Assembly (NCBI GenBank): GCA_028023455.1
Contig: JAQFVV010000006.1
Coordinates: 11,284,001 to 11,348,000, forward strand
Direction of reading: 5' to 3'
DNA: 64,000 nucleotides
DNA from: Epiperipatus broadwayi
Lineage: Eukaryota; Animalia; Onychophora
Part shown: piece by piece, positions 62,231 through 64,000 of the stretch
Layout: every line of letters begins with the position of its first letter
Numbering within the stretch: position 1 is the first letter of the stretch
Position numbers and translations under genes: made by a program
Notes under the pieces: generated by a model
What the model was told of the DNA's origin: nothing
The model's input: the letters and a program-made list of their open reading frames with translations, nothing else
Database searches by the model: none

Positions 62231-62719
62231 ATTGCACATAAAGTTAATAATATTTCAAATAATTCCATATTTATGACAAGTGCAAATATATATATATATA
62301 TAAAATAGTACCAATATCAAAATAGATTCAGATTGTACAGAAGTGTCAAAAGAATTGAAGATATGACAGCGTAAGCAAATATTTAAATGGAAAATAAGAG
62401 GATTAAAAAATTTAAAAATTTGAAAGAAATAAGATGAAAAATTACTATCTCAGGAAAAGAAAAATAAAGAAAAATCGTCTTTGCGACCAAAAGAATTTTG
62501 AAGCTTATATTGCTAAAGATGAAGCCTATAAAAAAAATTTAAATCAATAACTTTTAATTAAAAAAAAATTCCTATAATTTTAACATATTTGATTAGCAAA
62601 AGAAATTAAATATATATATGTCAAGTGTTTTCCCTTTTTTTTTATGCGTAAGAATAGTTGAAAGAAAATTTATGTGGAAACAACCAACAGGTTAATAATC
62701 ATATTTATTTTCTTCATGG

Positions 62720-62845
62720 CAATAATACTCTCAGCAGTTTGGCGCAGTTGGTAAAGCATCTGATTTGGGATCAGGAGGTCCCAGGATCGATTATGGCACT
62801 TGCAGGTCTGCACTCAAACTTACAAACGCCCGAGCAATAAAGCCA
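62720..62845 (+). mobile_element. tRNA-derived SINE family 2 (best preserved head)
   Basis: tggcgcagttggtaaagca-tctga-tttggga-tcagg-aggtcccaggatcgatt; family tail gcaataaagcc. Confidence 0.8.
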
Positions 62846-63462
62846 TATGTGTTCTTTTTTTTTAATGGCAATAATGACTGGATTCTAAAGGAGTGAACTG
62901 GATGTAATTTAGACAACTAAAAATTTACATTGATGCAACGTTATGCCCCAACTTTTTTAGTCTCTTGTTGATCATTTCCACATGAATAGTCTCCTGCCCA
63001 TTTTTACACACGGAAAAGCCTGAAAAACACGTTACATCTTTTACTCATTAAAATATTTATGTTAATATACGGCCAATTAATAAACCAGTAGAATATCCAC
63101 AATTTGCTGTTAAGGCAATCTCTATCTTTTATCTTTAGAAGTTGCTACGACAATAGATTGTGGATATTCTGTCAGTTTATTAAATTTTAGAAAAAATCAT
63201 GTGAATTACATTTGGAAACTAATTAGCTGTTGGCAATTTATGGGTTAATTAATATATTTCTGACAGTTACTTGTACTTATTTTAGTGCATATTTCACATT
63301 AACTTAATCCTATCACAATCACCCATCACAACCCAGAAGTCAGACCAACCTCTCTCGCAGACTTGATACATTTTTCGAAATGCCCAGTTCACTTCTTTTT
63401 TCAAGTGAATAAGACATACAAAACTCATATTATATATATATTTTTAAGTACATATTCACTAT

Positions 63463-63753
63463 AAATATAATTTATTTACTACTTTGAACACTTTTTAGCA
63501 AACAACTTTTATTGTATGTATATGCATACACAATCTTATGTTTCGACTGTCTTGCAGTCTTCTTCGGAGCCACATTTATTTTAAATTTTTTAATGTGGCT
63601 CTGAAGAAGACTGCAGGACAGTCGAAATGTAAGATTGTGTATGCATATAGGTACAATAAAAGATGTTTACTAAAAAGTGTTCATAATAGTGGATAAAATA
63701 CATTTATATAAGATATTACAGCAAAATAAAGGAAGTGGTGCATTTGGTAATAC
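63463..63753 (+). mobile_element. HHR family C, head-to-head pair with 14-bp TSD
   Basis: CTGAAGA core at about 63601; TSD tacatattcactat at 63449-63462 and 63754-63767; nearly identical to 51831-52134. Confidence 0.9.
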
Positions 63754-63859
63754 TACATATTCACTATGTTTTTTTCTTAGAAATACTTAATTTGGTATGC
63801 ATTTTTTATATATTTCAAATGTTTATTTTATCACAATATCCTGAAACATATAACTAAAG

Positions 63860-63990
63860 ATATGTGGAAGAGATAAATGATCCCCAAGATGTGCATTTCA
63901 CGCTGAACCAGTACTTATCAGTTGGTCCAGATTATAATCTCCTACATATACATAGATAGCAAATTACTATAATTTGACTGACAAGCTTCA
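63860..63990 (-). mobile_element. HHR family E copy
   Basis: Minus strand ccaa-CTGATAA-gtactggttcagcgt-GAAA-tgcaca-TC-ttgg. Confidence 0.65.
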
Positions 63991-64000
63991 AATTTTCTAC

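Overview
Very AT-rich, CpG-poor eukaryotic DNA (probably an invertebrate), almost entirely intronic or intergenic and built from decayed transposable elements. These include Penelope-like retroelements (PLE; RT plus GIY-YIG), RTE-type and other LINE fragments, two Ty3/Gypsy internal fragments, two TG..CA solo-LTR-like elements with 4-bp TSDs, two Tc1/mariner relics and three tRNA-derived SINE families. No complete host gene is visible. The best host signal is two minus-strand exons (22071-22145 and 20837-20984) that splice in frame. The most striking feature, not visible in the ORF track, is about 25 hammerhead-ribozyme (HHR) cores or decayed cores in at least six small non-coding retroelement families. 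Most sit in head-to-head inverted arms with the ribozymes pointing outward, and several are bounded by 12-17 bp TSDs. The set includes a tandem 63-66 nt HHR mini-array, a tRNA-promoter plus HHR SINE-like family, a solitary apparently intact HHR, and loci where different families inserted into the same or abutting target sites. All structures were folded and aligned by eye; no database search or folding program was run, and boundaries of decayed elements are approximate.
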